Of a stretch of 64,000 bases of DNA, positions 1 through 9,998 are shown in pieces. A program made the translations under genes and the position numbers. Source of the DNA: Candidatus Obscuribacterales bacterium (GTDB lineage Bacteria > Cyanobacteriota > Vampirovibrionia > Obscuribacterales > Obscuribacteraceae). Under the pieces are notes generated by a model. The model worked only from the letters and a program-made list of their open reading frames with translations. It made no database searches and was not told the DNA's origin. The stretch covers positions 1,120,001-1,184,000 of the forward strand of contig CBDDIJ010000003.1 of NCBI GenBank assembly GCA_965228855.1. The letters run 5' to 3'. How positions within the stretch are numbered: the stretch's first letter is position 1; each line of letters opens with the position of its first letter.

Positions 1-921
1 GGTGTCGTCCTTCACAAAGCGACCGTGCAGTCTACAACACCGCCCACACTGGCGTTCACGGTCGAAACCAAGGACCATATCTATCTCGACGACCACAAGT
101 TTGATGGCATTCCAGTGATGCCAATGGCGGTGGCGCTAGAGTTGATGATTCAGGGGGCTAAATCTGTTTATCCAGATCGAAGTGTCGTGAAAGTCTCCAA
201 CCTTGACATACCCTCTGGGGTCGTATTTCACAGTGACCAAAGGAAATTTGTCGTCGAAGCGAAACCAGAGCGTGGTACGGACGGTCTTGTTTCTGTTCAA
301 CTATCATCGTTGACCGGCAAGGCCAAGAAGACGCACTTCCATTGTAAGGTTCAGATGTCTGCTGCACCGAATCCGGCGCCAGACGTCTGGAACACCCAGG
401 ATGAGACTGCCATTCCGCAGGTGATTGGACCCTGTTCCAAACTTGCAAGTGAGACCGATGTTCCACAGCCTGGTGATGTCTACGGTAAGTGGTTGTTCCA
501 CGGTCCGATCTTCCAGGGGATAAAAGAGGTAATGCATCTTGCCGAAGATGGTATCGCGGGCAAGGTCAAAGGTGCCCGTCCGATTGACTGCATCAGGTCA
601 GCCGATTCAAGTAATTGGAACATCGATCCGGTCCTGCTGGATAGCTCTATGCAACTTGCCGGTATCTGGGCTCGCTTTTATCGCGACGTCACAGTGCTGC
701 CAACCGGGTTCAAGTCGATGCACTTCTTCGGACCGATGCCGATGAACGCGACTGCTCAGATTTTCCTCAACCCGACTATGGCCACGGAACTGCTCTGTGA
801 TCTGGCTATTTACGATGAAAACGGAAAGATCGCGGTCATCGTCGAAGGTCTGGGCGGTATCGCCAGTAAAGCATTTAACCGTTTCTCCTCTCAGGAACCG
901 CAGAAACAGCTGGTTCCCTAA
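1..921 (+). CDS. C-terminal part of a type I PKS/PUFA-synthase-like protein (PKS dehydratase double hot-dog domain); 5' truncated by window edge
   Basis: Frame 1 is open from base 1; DH motifs YLDDHKFDGIPVMP (HxxxGxxxxP), LFHGPIFQGI and IDPVLLDSSMQ. Confidence 0.85.
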   Translation, partial: GVVLHKATVQSTTPPTLAFTVETKDHIYLDDHKFDGIPVMPMAVALELMIQGAKSVYPDRSVVKVSNLDIPSGVVFHSDQRKFVVEAKPERGTDGLVSVQLSSLTGKAKKTHFHCKVQMSAAPNPAPDVWNTQDETAIPQVIGPCSKLASETDVPQPGDVYGKWLFHGPIFQGIKEVMHLAEDGIAGKVKGARPIDCIRSADSSNWNIDPVLLDSSMQLAGIWARFYRDVTVLPTGFKSMHFFGPMPMNATAQIFLNPTMATELLCDLAIYDENGKIAVIVEGLGGIASKAFNRFSSQEPQKQLVP

Positions 922-987
922 TAACGCAGCTCGAGCAACCGCTCGAACAACTACGCAAGTCGAACGTGATGTTCGCACATCAGTAAT

Positions 988-3900
988 ATGAGCTCCGCCG
1001 CAAATCGAAATTCTGGAAAGATAGCAATTGTAGGAATGTCCTGCCTCTACCCAGGCGCACCGGATCTCTCCAGCTTCTGGTCGAATATCGTGCGGGGCGT
1101 CGACGCCACCCGTGAGGTCTCTCCTAGCGAGTGGAATGTCGATGATTACTACGATCCCGAGTCGCGTAAGTTCGGCAGTGTTTACTCTAAACGTGGCGGT
1201 TTTATAAGCGAATATGCTGACTTCGATCCGCTTCAGTTTGGAGTCATGCCATCTGGTGTCGCCGGTGGTGATCCAGACCAGTTTCTGACACTGCGAGTTG
1301 CTCACGAGGCAATGGCTGATGCAGGCTATCTCGATGGCAAAAAACAATTCGATAAAGATCGCGCTGAAGTTATTTTGGGCCGCATATCGGCTCCCGGTGC
1401 GGGAAGTATGAACTTGACCCATCAGTCGAAGACCGTTCATGAAGTTACCGGTCTTCTTCGTGGACTTTTACCGAACCATCCGGAGGTTGTAGACGCTGCG
1501 GTTAGCGAAATGACGAGTCGTCTGGTTACGTGCAATTCGGATACCATTCCGAGCGCGATGCCGAACGTGCTTGCTGGACGAATAGCTTCCAAACTCGGAT
1601 TTCGTGGTCGAAATCTATTGATCGACGCCGCTTGTGCTTCTTCGATGGTAGCGGTTGAAACGGCAGTCCAAGACCTTCTTAGCCACCAGTGTGATTTCGC
1701 TCTGGCTGGCGGTTTGCATGTCAATGCTTCTCCCGTATTTTTCCAAATGTTCTGTGGTCTCGGTGCATTATCGCGCAAGGACATCATTCGTCCGTTCGAC
1801 GAATCAGCGGATGGAACATTGCTTGGAGAGGGCATCGGCATCCTTGTTTTAAAGCGCCATGAAGACGCGATTGCGGATGGCGATAGAATCTATGCCACGA
1901 TCTGCGGCGTAGCGTCCTCCAGTGATGGATACGGCGGAAGTGTTCTCTCACCGTCACTTGACGGGGAGGCACTGGCGATGGAGAAAGCCTACAAGATGGC
2001 CGGTATCTCGCCCAAGAGCATAGGTCTGCTGGAAGCCCACGGGACGGGCACTCCGACTGGCGACGTGGTGGAACTGCAGGCTGTTGAAAAAGTGTTCGGA
2101 CAAGCATCGGAGAGTCGAGACGGCAAGCCATGGTGCGCGGTTGGTTCAGTCAAGTCCATGATTGGACACTGTCAATCTGCGAGCGCTGTTGCTGGGATTA
2201 TCAAAGCCGCGCTTGCCCTTCATCATAAAATTTTGCCCCCCACTTTGCACGTTTCCGAGCCAAACCGCAAAATTAACTGGGAGAAACATCCTTGCTATGT
2301 GAATACCCAGTCGCGTCCGTGGATCCATGCTGAGAATTCTGAGGAAGCTCGTCGTGCGGCGGTTAGTGCATTTGGGTTCGGTGGAATCAACGGGCACATG
2401 ATTCTTGAGGAAGCGGAAAAGGGTTCCTCTATGACTCGCCATAAGAGTGCTGTTAAAGCTGCTTCGGAACAAGGAATGCCGGTCACTCCGGCTGCCTCAC
2501 TGGCGTCACTCGACAGTGCTCTGATGCGTGACTGGGATTCGGAGGTGTTCGCATTCAGTGCCAATTCTCCCGGTGAACTTGCAGGAGATTTGGAGAAACT
2601 GGAGACTTACGTGTCGCGCTCCATGGAAAGCGGCATCGTAGAGGGATTTTTTAAGGACCTTGCATTCAGCATTAACTGCAGGAATCCAGGAACGAATGGC
2701 GCCACAGGCGGTGCCATCAAGCCGGCTAAAAACAGCCGTAAGATTTATCGTCTGAGTATTGTTGCTGCAAACCCGGATGAATTAGTTAGCAAAGTTCAGT
2801 ATGCTCGCAAGTTAATTGAGGCGGGCAAGCCTGCTGTGCAAGAGGCAGATAAGGGTGTTTACTACACCAGCCCAGGCACCGCCATCGGTGGCAAAGTCGG
2901 ATTCCTCTATCCGGGATTAGGTTCCGCATACGGTGGAATGCTCTCTGATCTGTGCATGCACTTCCCTGAAGTGCGCGAAGTCTTCGATATTGTCGATACC
3001 GTCGCGTTAGCGGAAAAGGCGTCGATTTTACCAAGTCGAATGATTTTTCCGCCGGACCGTGATTCCTCGAATTCAATGGAATTGGCGTCCGCAGATTTCG
3101 CTGTCGTGGCCATTCTTCTTGCCGAATATGCTTTGCACCAATTGCTTTTGCATCTCGAAATTAAACCTGACGCCCTTATGGGATGCAGTACCGGTGAATT
3201 TGCCGCCATCACTACTGGTGGTGCCGTAGATGTTCTAAGTGTGTCAGAAACGTTTTACGGATTGAGTACTAATGTTGCCCGCGCGATTCCAGCCGCTGCG
3301 CTGGCAGAATTGCGCTCGCTTCGTATTCTCGCTCCTGCAAGCGATGTTATGGCACTCGTTAAAAACAACGATGTCCATCTGAGTGCTGACCTTGGAGAAC
3401 GACACATTATTGTCACTGGCACCATAGCTGGTACCGATTCGCTGACAGATGAATTAGCAAAGCGCAAGTTTGTTTCCCAGGTTCTTCCCATCGCAATCCC
3501 CTACCATACGCCGCTAGTTCACGACCTGATAGACGGTGAGCATGATGCCGTCAAGTCTGTAGACATCCGACCTCTTGTGGTGCCGAGCTATGCCTGTTCC
3601 ACAGCAGAGCGATATCCAGGCGATGAGAAGCAATTGCGGGCGATGTTCACGGACCTATTTACAAAGCCGATCAGGCTGCGCGAAACCATACAGAAGATGT
3701 ACGAAGATGGTATCCGACTTTTTATCGAGGTTGGCCCAGGTGGGGTGCTTTCGAGCGTGGTCGATGGCATCCTCGGTAGTAAGCCGCACATAGCTGTTCC
3801 TACAAACTTATCATCGAAACCCGCACTGACACAGCTTAACCACGTTCTAGCTGCGCTTTATACCCAGGGTGTGTCAGCAAATTTCAATTATTTATATATG

Positions 3901-6006
3901 CGTCGAGCTCCTGTTGAGCTGGATTGGCGCTCGCTAAAAGCTCCCGTGGTTAAACGCCAACCGCTCAAGCTTTCGCTTGTTCACACCAAGCTTGAAGTGT
4001 CGCCTGGACTCGCTGTCCCTCCTGCGGAGCCCGTTTCGCAACTTTCTTCTTTGCCGGATAATTCACCTCACGATCGCTATGAAGACACTCAGAGCGACTG
4101 CGGAAGTAGTGAGGTTGAATCCGCTAATTTGCTAGGCTCTTTTATGAACACCAACGCAGCGTTTTACTCGCGGATGGCAGCAACGCAGGAGAGAATAATG
4201 ACCGCTTTTCTCTCATCCAATGTCGAGCAGCAGTTCTCTGATGAAACCAACATCTATGCTAGTGATGAAGTTCAACACCTCCCGGGCGGAGTGTCACAAT
4301 ACCAGTTGCAAGATGACCTACAAGCAAGCGAATTTCCTGTCTTTCAGCAGAATCGAGAAGCTTTCGTAAACGTCTCAGAGCCGCCGTTTCTTAGCCGCTT
4401 CCGAATTCGATCGGTTTCCGGGTCTACGGAATTTGATCTGCACATTGGGCTTGATACCGATCTCTATTTGTTAGACCATGCCGTTGGCGGTCAGGTCAGC
4501 GTAGAGCCTCCCTCGCGTGTTTTCTTGATGCCTCTCATGGTTTCTCTTGAAATTATGGCTGAGGCCGCTTCTGCCCACGCACGCGAGAAGTTAATCGTCA
4601 GACTGGAACAAGTCAAAGCCTTCAAACGAATCTCTGTTGACCATCTTGGAGTCGATCTTCATTTAACTGCAAGCGGTGATAGTAGCCGCGTTCACGTCAA
4701 AATGTTTGACGCTGGCGACTTGGTAAATCCGATTTTAATCGCTGACTTTTTGTTTGCCATGCAATATCCGACAGTTGGTTCGGCTCCTGAAATTACGGTC
4801 AGCGGTCACTCTCCGACGAACCTCAAGGAGCGATCGCAGCTTTATGCCCCGCCCAATATGTTTCACGGACCCCGAATGCAGGCGGTGACTGCGATTACGA
4901 ATGTCGGCAACAAAAGTATTGAGGGCTTGGCAGAAGCTTCTCCTGCGCGTTACTGGATGCCTCATGTACCGGTAGCGAACTTCCTGTTACACCCACTATT
5001 GCTCGATAACGCAAGTCAGTTTGTTCTCTTCTATTTGTACGAGAAACAGATGCCGGCGATTGCGCTATTGCCATTTTTCATCGAGTCGGTTGAGTTCTTT
5101 TACTCCCCCAATGATCTACCGCCTGTTATTTCGGGACGTGCTCTCCTGCATACCGTTTCTGAAAAGGCGACCGAGGCGAAGGTTGAGGTTGTAGATGATC
5201 GGAATCGAGTTTGGATGCGTGTAAATGGCATCAACAGTAAGCGAGTGATGCCTCATGAGAAGCTTGTCGACTTCTTCCATAAGCCACTTCAACGACACAT
5301 CGCGACCCGCCTGACAGTCAATAAGACCTTGAGTCACCTGTGCGTATTAACCGAGTTTAAAACTGGCTTGTTGCCAACTGATGACGCTATTTTGGATTGG
5401 TGCCTCGATTATTTACTAACGAGGAGTGAGCGCAGCTTTTGGCGCACACAACTCAAATTCGAGAAACGCAAGGCAGACTGGCTGCATGGACGAATTGCCG
5501 CCAAAGAAGCCGTTCGAATGCTTGTCAAAGAACGCCTCGGGCGAGAAATCGGAATGCTCGACATCGAGATTTCAAACGACTTCGAGCGACGTCCTTTGGT
5601 TGCTGTGAGTGGCGGAATTGCCGGTCTGTCAATTTCCATATCTCACACGGACGGCATCGCTATGGCGCTCGCGAGTTTTCTCAGCGATGGCAAGCCCGGT
5701 GTTGATGCGGAGAAAATTCAAACTCGCGACCCTGATGTCGCAGACCGGTTTTTGACAATGGACGAGTTGGGTCACCTGAACTCGTGCGCATCGCATTTGC
5801 GTGATGCTGAACTCACACGGCTCTGGTCGGCGAAGGAAGCTGTCTACAAGTCCTTGGGTGGGGAATTCGAACTCACATCGTTCGAAATAGATGTCACTTC
5901 TATGACACCATATGCGATGTCAATCCGCAACACTGGCTCGGCCAACAAATTTCAAGTTTTTTCAGAATTAGTCGGCGATTACGTGCGCTCATATACGCTT
6001 GCATGA
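988..6006 (+). CDS. Type I PKS, KS-AT-DH with C-terminal Sfp-type phosphopantetheinyl transferase
   Basis: KS: IAIVGMSC, DAACASS, EAHGTGT, GSVKSMIGH, SAFGFGGINGH. AT: LYPGLGS, GCSTGE, PYHTP, FIEVGPGGVL. DH: LLDHAVGG, FHGPRMQ, HPLLLDNASQ. PPTase: GRIAAKEA, SISHT, GVDAE, LWSAKEAVYK. Confidence 0.9.
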   Translation: MSSAANRNSGKIAIVGMSCLYPGAPDLSSFWSNIVRGVDATREVSPSEWNVDDYYDPESRKFGSVYSKRGGFISEYADFDPLQFGVMPSGVAGGDPDQFLTLRVAHEAMADAGYLDGKKQFDKDRAEVILGRISAPGAGSMNLTHQSKTVHEVTGLLRGLLPNHPEVVDAAVSEMTSRLVTCNSDTIPSAMPNVLAGRIASKLGFRGRNLLIDAACASSMVAVETAVQDLLSHQCDFALAGGLHVNASPVFFQMFCGLGALSRKDIIRPFDESADGTLLGEGIGILVLKRHEDAIADGDRIYATICGVASSSDGYGGSVLSPSLDGEALAMEKAYKMAGISPKSIGLLEAHGTGTPTGDVVELQAVEKVFGQASESRDGKPWCAVGSVKSMIGHCQSASAVAGIIKAALALHHKILPPTLHVSEPNRKINWEKHPCYVNTQSRPWIHAENSEEARRAAVSAFGFGGINGHMILEEAEKGSSMTRHKSAVKAASEQGMPVTPAASLASLDSALMRDWDSEVFAFSANSPGELAGDLEKLETYVSRSMESGIVEGFFKDLAFSINCRNPGTNGATGGAIKPAKNSRKIYRLSIVAANPDELVSKVQYARKLIEAGKPAVQEADKGVYYTSPGTAIGGKVGFLYPGLGSAYGGMLSDLCMHFPEVREVFDIVDTVALAEKASILPSRMIFPPDRDSSNSMELASADFAVVAILLAEYALHQLLLHLEIKPDALMGCSTGEFAAITTGGAVDVLSVSETFYGLSTNVARAIPAAALAELRSLRILAPASDVMALVKNNDVHLSADLGERHIIVTGTIAGTDSLTDELAKRKFVSQVLPIAIPYHTPLVHDLIDGEHDAVKSVDIRPLVVPSYACSTAERYPGDEKQLRAMFTDLFTKPIRLRETIQKMYEDGIRLFIEVGPGGVLSSVVDGILGSKPHIAVPTNLSSKPALTQLNHVLAALYTQGVSANFNYLYMRRAPVELDWRSLKAPVVKRQPLKLSLVHTKLEVSPGLAVPPAEPVSQLSSLPDNSPHDRYEDTQSDCGSSEVESANLLGSFMNTNAAFYSRMAATQERIMTAFLSSNVEQQFSDETNIYASDEVQHLPGGVSQYQLQDDLQASEFPVFQQNREAFVNVSEPPFLSRFRIRSVSGSTEFDLHIGLDTDLYLLDHAVGGQVSVEPPSRVFLMPLMVSLEIMAEAASAHAREKLIVRLEQVKAFKRISVDHLGVDLHLTASGDSSRVHVKMFDAGDLVNPILIADFLFAMQYPTVGSAPEITVSGHSPTNLKERSQLYAPPNMFHGPRMQAVTAITNVGNKSIEGLAEASPARYWMPHVPVANFLLHPLLLDNASQFVLFYLYEKQMPAIALLPFFIESVEFFYSPNDLPPVISGRALLHTVSEKATEAKVEVVDDRNRVWMRVNGINSKRVMPHEKLVDFFHKPLQRHIATRLTVNKTLSHLCVLTEFKTGLLPTDDAILDWCLDYLLTRSERSFWRTQLKFEKRKADWLHGRIAAKEAVRMLVKERLGREIGMLDIEISNDFERRPLVAVSGGIAGLSISISHTDGIAMALASFLSDGKPGVDAEKIQTRDPDVADRFLTMDELGHLNSCASHLRDAELTRLWSAKEAVYKSLGGEFELTSFEIDVTSMTPYAMSIRNTGSANKFQVFSELVGDYVRSYTLA

Positions 6007-6045
6007 TTGCATATCGCTAAGCTCTAGACTTGGTGTGTTAAAGAC

Positions 6046-7038
6046 CTAAATGTCTATCGTGACATGCGATTTTAGCCATCGCTCTAAATCTGCAACATCA
6101 CTGAAATCTAAAAGAGCAACTGCTAGCTGCTCCAGTTGCTCCAGAGACAGCTCCGTTATCTGTGCGCAGACCTGTCCCAGTTCGCCGAAGCGTCTGGTAA
6201 GCAATGAGTTTACCAGTGATGCTGCTTCACCATGTCGACCTTGCAGAAGTCCTAACTCCATTCCGCGAGCCTGGCCTTGTTCGAGTCCTTGTTCGCGACC
6301 CCTTTCGAACCCCTCTTTGAGCCCCTTTTCCATCCAACTAGTTACAATTTCCATAACTCCCTCCCTGCGAGGTTCTTCAAGCTGTTCCAGGGCCGCGACG
6401 AATAGACTCTCTTCCGACTCATTGAGTCTCAGGTATGAATCTACAAAACCCGCGATAAGTCTCGATTTAGCTCTGTCAAGTCTCAAGTCGGCGATCATTC
6501 TCAGGCATTCCAATTTTACCCTGAAGCGCTCATGCTGAGCAAATTTCATCTTTGCCATGAGTGCCGCCGAGACAGGGCTATCGCGTTTCAAGTAACTGCG
6601 CCAATTTAACCTGTTGAGCTGTATCACCTTGTATTGAAATCTCAGTACCTCCAGTCCAGGAAGCTTGAGTTCATAGCAGGAACCTTGCTGAGTGAAAGGG
6701 CGATCGAATGAGAATAAAACTATTGGATAAACCGGTAGATTGTGGCGCTCATGGAGTCGCGAAAAGTAGCAAAACATTCGTCGCTCAAAGGAATTCTGAG
6801 CGTGCGCCTGTGCTTCTGTATGCACCAGGATAAATGAGTCATTAGAACGTAAGCGTACTCGCGCAACCAGATCGGCCTCATACGCATCACCGGCGGTGAC
6901 ATCAGTGAAGAGTTCTTTATCAAGAAAAACAATGGAAGCTGGGTCCAGGCAGTCAAACAGCGATGGAAGGAAGAGTTCTATGAATTCGGAGAAAAATGTC
7001 GTCAGCAACTCCTTGAACAATCTATCGTGATCCGTCAT
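6046..7038 (-). CDS. Rpn family recombination-promoting nuclease/putative transposase (PD-(D/E)xK type) with DUF4351-like C-terminus
   Basis: MTDHDRLFKELL start with AAGGAGG RBS at 7044-7050; ADLV..HTEAQ..RMFCYF core; GxEQ repeats; LTRRFGEL..LSLEQLEQLAVALLDFSDVADLERWL tail. Confidence 0.88.
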   Translation of the reverse strand: MTDHDRLFKELLTTFFSEFIELFLPSLFDCLDPASIVFLDKELFTDVTAGDAYEADLVARVRLRSNDSFILVHTEAQAHAQNSFERRMFCYFSRLHERHNLPVYPIVLFSFDRPFTQQGSCYELKLPGLEVLRFQYKVIQLNRLNWRSYLKRDSPVSAALMAKMKFAQHERFRVKLECLRMIADLRLDRAKSRLIAGFVDSYLRLNESEESLFVAALEQLEEPRREGVMEIVTSWMEKGLKEGFERGREQGLEQGQARGMELGLLQGRHGEAASLVNSLLTRRFGELGQVCAQITELSLEQLEQLAVALLDFSDVADLERWLKSHVTIDI

Positions 7039-7295
7039 GTAAACCTCCTTCAAAGAATCCAAAGTCTGAATGTCCGCCGCGCGCATGCAGCACAGGTTCT
7101 CTGTGCAGCAATTAGCGAGCAAACTTTTCGTGGGGAGATTGCTTCTAATGAAATAGACGTCTGATCAAGGAAAAAAGTTCAAAAATTTGAGATGTCAGCA
7201 TAGTAAAGTTTCCGCCCCGTCTGGCTAAATGATTTCGCTACACTCAAGCTTGATTCGACGGAGACGATTGTTGATTCAGTGAAGTAAATGGGGGG

Positions 7296-7841
7296 CTAGG
7301 GTGCGCCGCTCGCCTGTACCTTTGAAGAGATCTCAGACTTCCGCTGTTTGTCGTACAGTTCTTCAGCTAGTTTTTGCGTCTTGTGGAGACGAGTCCGTAC
7401 TTTTCCTTTTATGAATTGATTGATCAGAAATCGCGGAATAGGCAGCCCAGGCTCAATGTTAGACGTCAACTTCAACCGAGTCTTCGCTTGCTCAACTGGC
7501 GTTAACTCCCACTTGCCGGACATCTCCTTCAGTGATTTATCCGCTTCGATCAATTCATAGGACAAAAGTTCGTTTTCTTTGACGGTGATTCTCAGCGTTG
7601 TTTGAACCGTGCCGTAGAACGGAATTCTTTCAAATTTCTGCTGGACTATCGCTTCTTTGCCCTCTGTCGACTTAATATCCGCGTCGAATTTGTCTGCACT
7701 GGTCACGGCTCTCCACACGCACTCTTTCGGAGCGTTTACCAAGGTCGTATCCGACACGGAGTTGTCGGATTTCGCCGAAGCCTGCCCGTGCAGCGCACTC
7801 AGGATGGTTATGGATGATATTAGGACCAAGCCTTTATTCAT
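7296..7841 (-). CDS. SRPBCC/START (polyketide cyclase/lipid-binding) family protein with signal peptide
   Basis: LVNAPKECVWRAV, LKEMSGKWELTP, PGLPIPRFLIN; hydrophobic N-terminus from ATG 7841 (start uncertain). Confidence 0.72.
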   Translation of the reverse strand: MNKGLVLISSITILSALHGQASAKSDNSVSDTTLVNAPKECVWRAVTSADKFDADIKSTEGKEAIVQQKFERIPFYGTVQTTLRITVKENELLSYELIEADKSLKEMSGKWELTPVEQAKTRLKLTSNIEPGLPIPRFLINQFIKGKVRTRLHKTQKLAEELYDKQRKSEISSKVQASGAP

Positions 7842-8037
7842 AGACGCCTTTGGACATTTCCCGGTCACCAGGATCATACCCAGATTCTTACGCAACTCCC
7901 CGCTTGTAGCAAAGGTTTTAGCCGGAGATGACAGCTTGTATATCAATTCCCCGAACCTTTCAATCCGGACTGAAACTGCTAACAGCCATTCATGAACGCA
8001 CTGCTACCGCCCGCGATACCAGCCCGGCAAGTGTGTA

Positions 8038-8625
8038 TCAGGCCTTGAGCTCGCTGCCGAGCAGTGTCAAAAATTGTTTCATCCATTCCGGATGTCCGGG
8101 CCAGGCCACCGCGGTGACTAATTTACCGTCGGTATGAGCGAAAGCTGGATTAACACCGGGATTTACCCAGGTCGCTCCTGCTGACTCCAATTCAGGACGC
8201 ACTGCGAAATATGCAGTACAACTGCGACCTTTTAGAACTCCAGCTGCAGCGAGGATTTGGGGACCGTGACATATCGTCGCGACTGGTTTTGTGGTCTCGA
8301 AGAAGTGCTGAACAATCTCGATGACGCGGCTGTTTAAGCGCAAGTATTCTGGAGAACGACCACCGGGAACGACCAGCGCGTCGTAAGTCGTTTCATCAAC
8401 CTCTTCAAAGGAGTGGGTTACGGCGAAGTTGTGACCTGGCTTCTCTGAATAAGTTTGAGCACCGTCAAAGTCGTGAATCGCTGTTTTTACCGACTCACCG
8501 GCTTTTTTGCCTGGACAGACCGTATGTACGTCGTGCCCGACCATGGTCAAGATCTGGAAGGGTACCATTGCTTCGTAATCCTCAACGAAGTCGCCAACTA
8601 GCATCAAAATTCGCTTACCTGCCAT
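8038..8625 (-). CDS. DJ-1/PfpI family protein (glyoxalase III/protease-like)
   Basis: [38 protein letters not shown]. Confidence 0.92.
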   Translation of the reverse strand: MAGKRILMLVGDFVEDYEAMVPFQILTMVGHDVHTVCPGKKAGESVKTAIHDFDGAQTYSEKPGHNFAVTHSFEEVDETTYDALVVPGGRSPEYLRLNSRVIEIVQHFFETTKPVATICHGPQILAAAGVLKGRSCTAYFAVRPELESAGATWVNPGVNPAFAHTDGKLVTAVAWPGHPEWMKQFLTLLGSELKA

Positions 8626-8721
8626 TCAGCCTCCTTGTTCGCTTTCTTATAAAGTTGGAAATTATAGTCGGTTATCGTGCTGGGTATATTGTTTCGGAAC
8701 ACTGATGAGGAATTGACGGGA

Positions 8722-9879
8722 ATGGCGGCCCAACGCAAGAAAGGCAAAAATTCAAACAAGCCCAAAGCCGCAAAGTCCAGCTCTGCGAAGATCGAAGCGC
8801 CCAGAGACCCGAAGTCTGAGCCGGTGGCAACCGGCTCCACGGTTCCCGATAACTCCAGGGGTCAGGTCAAACACACGGAGACTGTGTTCGCGCATGCCGA
8901 CAGCGTATCAGTCAGCGGTGCCGATTTAATCGAAGCTGTGGCTGATAATGCTGCGCCTGAGCCGGAACCGCTATCAGCCTCCGAAATTGAAACCGCTCTT
9001 GGTGAACATCCTGCTGACCGTAATTCCCTGGACATAAACACAGAGTCCGAGACTCTGGACAAGCTTGAAGGGGTCGATGAAACTGTCGCTCCGGAGACGG
9101 ACGGCCTCGAGTTGAATCTTTCGGCAAGCGAGGGGAATCGCGGAACTTCCGCTACTGTGGGAAATCCTGCTCGGACTTCATCAGACGGTGAGACTGCCCC
9201 GACGCCGCATTCTGCAGTCACTGCTACTGCCGTGTCGGAGAAAACAGCTGACCAAGAGACTTCCGCTAAGGGTGACTACACTTCGGCTGCTGCGTTTGGC
9301 GCTGAGAATTTCAGTAAGAATGAGATAAAAACGCTGCTGGTTCCCGTTAACCCATTTCATCGCCTGATTGCCTGTTCCATTGTGATCGTCTGCTATTCAT
9401 TTCTGGGCTATCTGTTTCTTAACGGGCCTGTCGCCGTCAACGCCCATGGCTTGCACACGGTGGATCTACCCGAGGCTGGCGATTATGTTTTGATCTTCAA
9501 GGGCGACACGCAGGACGCGTACGGATGGACAATCGATGGGCGTTTTCGTAATTCTCTGGAAATCGACATGGAACCGATTGAGCCGGAGCAGCGTGTGGAT
9601 AAGGTAGAGCCAATCAAGGACCTCTCGGGCGCAGACTTCTTTTCTGTTGCCGAGTACGAAGTGAATCAACCTGGAAAGTACAACCTTTGGGTTAAGTGGA
9701 ACGACCCTAACAATCGCTGCAAAGGAAAGATTACGCTGGAGAAGGATCCTGTTGAGAAATTCATCTTCAAGTGGGTGGTGGGCATAATTGGAACCCTTGC
9801 CTTGATTTTCATGTGCGGAATTCCTATGACGACCAGTAAGGCGCAGTCGACGTTACAAGGGCAACATCCGCAGGCATAA
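8722..9879 (+). CDS. Hypothetical membrane protein: long acidic disordered N-terminus, two TM helices flanking a beta-rich domain
   Basis: Long ORF, GAGGA RBS; hydrophobic segments LIACSIVIVCYSFLGYLFL and WVVGIIGTLALIFMC. Confidence 0.7.
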   Translation: MAAQRKKGKNSNKPKAAKSSSAKIEAPRDPKSEPVATGSTVPDNSRGQVKHTETVFAHADSVSVSGADLIEAVADNAAPEPEPLSASEIETALGEHPADRNSLDINTESETLDKLEGVDETVAPETDGLELNLSASEGNRGTSATVGNPARTSSDGETAPTPHSAVTATAVSEKTADQETSAKGDYTSAAAFGAENFSKNEIKTLLVPVNPFHRLIACSIVIVCYSFLGYLFLNGPVAVNAHGLHTVDLPEAGDYVLIFKGDTQDAYGWTIDGRFRNSLEIDMEPIEPEQRVDKVEPIKDLSGADFFSVAEYEVNQPGKYNLWVKWNDPNNRCKGKITLEKDPVEKFIFKWVVGIIGTLALIFMCGIPMTTSKAQSTLQGQHPQA

Positions 9880-9998
9880 CGATCGTATATATTCCGCGGA
9901 TCTTGCATTAAGTTCACACCCAAACGCCCTCGCTATGCTATTTTGGGGCTGAAATTTGCCTTACTAGCTGTCGCAAGTCGACTTAAAGAGGTTGTTGG

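Noticed and set aside
922..987. Imperfect GCTCGA(G/A)CAAC repeats between the PKS genes
   Set aside because: Only 2-3 short degenerate copies; not an array
607..1440. 277-aa antisense ORF and the many other shadow ORFs in the track
   Set aside because: They overlap well-supported genes on another frame or strand and carry no motifs
988..6006. Enediyne PksE assignment
   Set aside because: It has a C-terminal PPTase but lacks the ACP and KR of PksE, and no thioesterase or E3/E4/E5 genes follow
6046..7038. Rpn gene as an IS element
   Set aside because: No terminal inverted repeats or target-site duplication seen; the Rpn family is not a DDE transposase family
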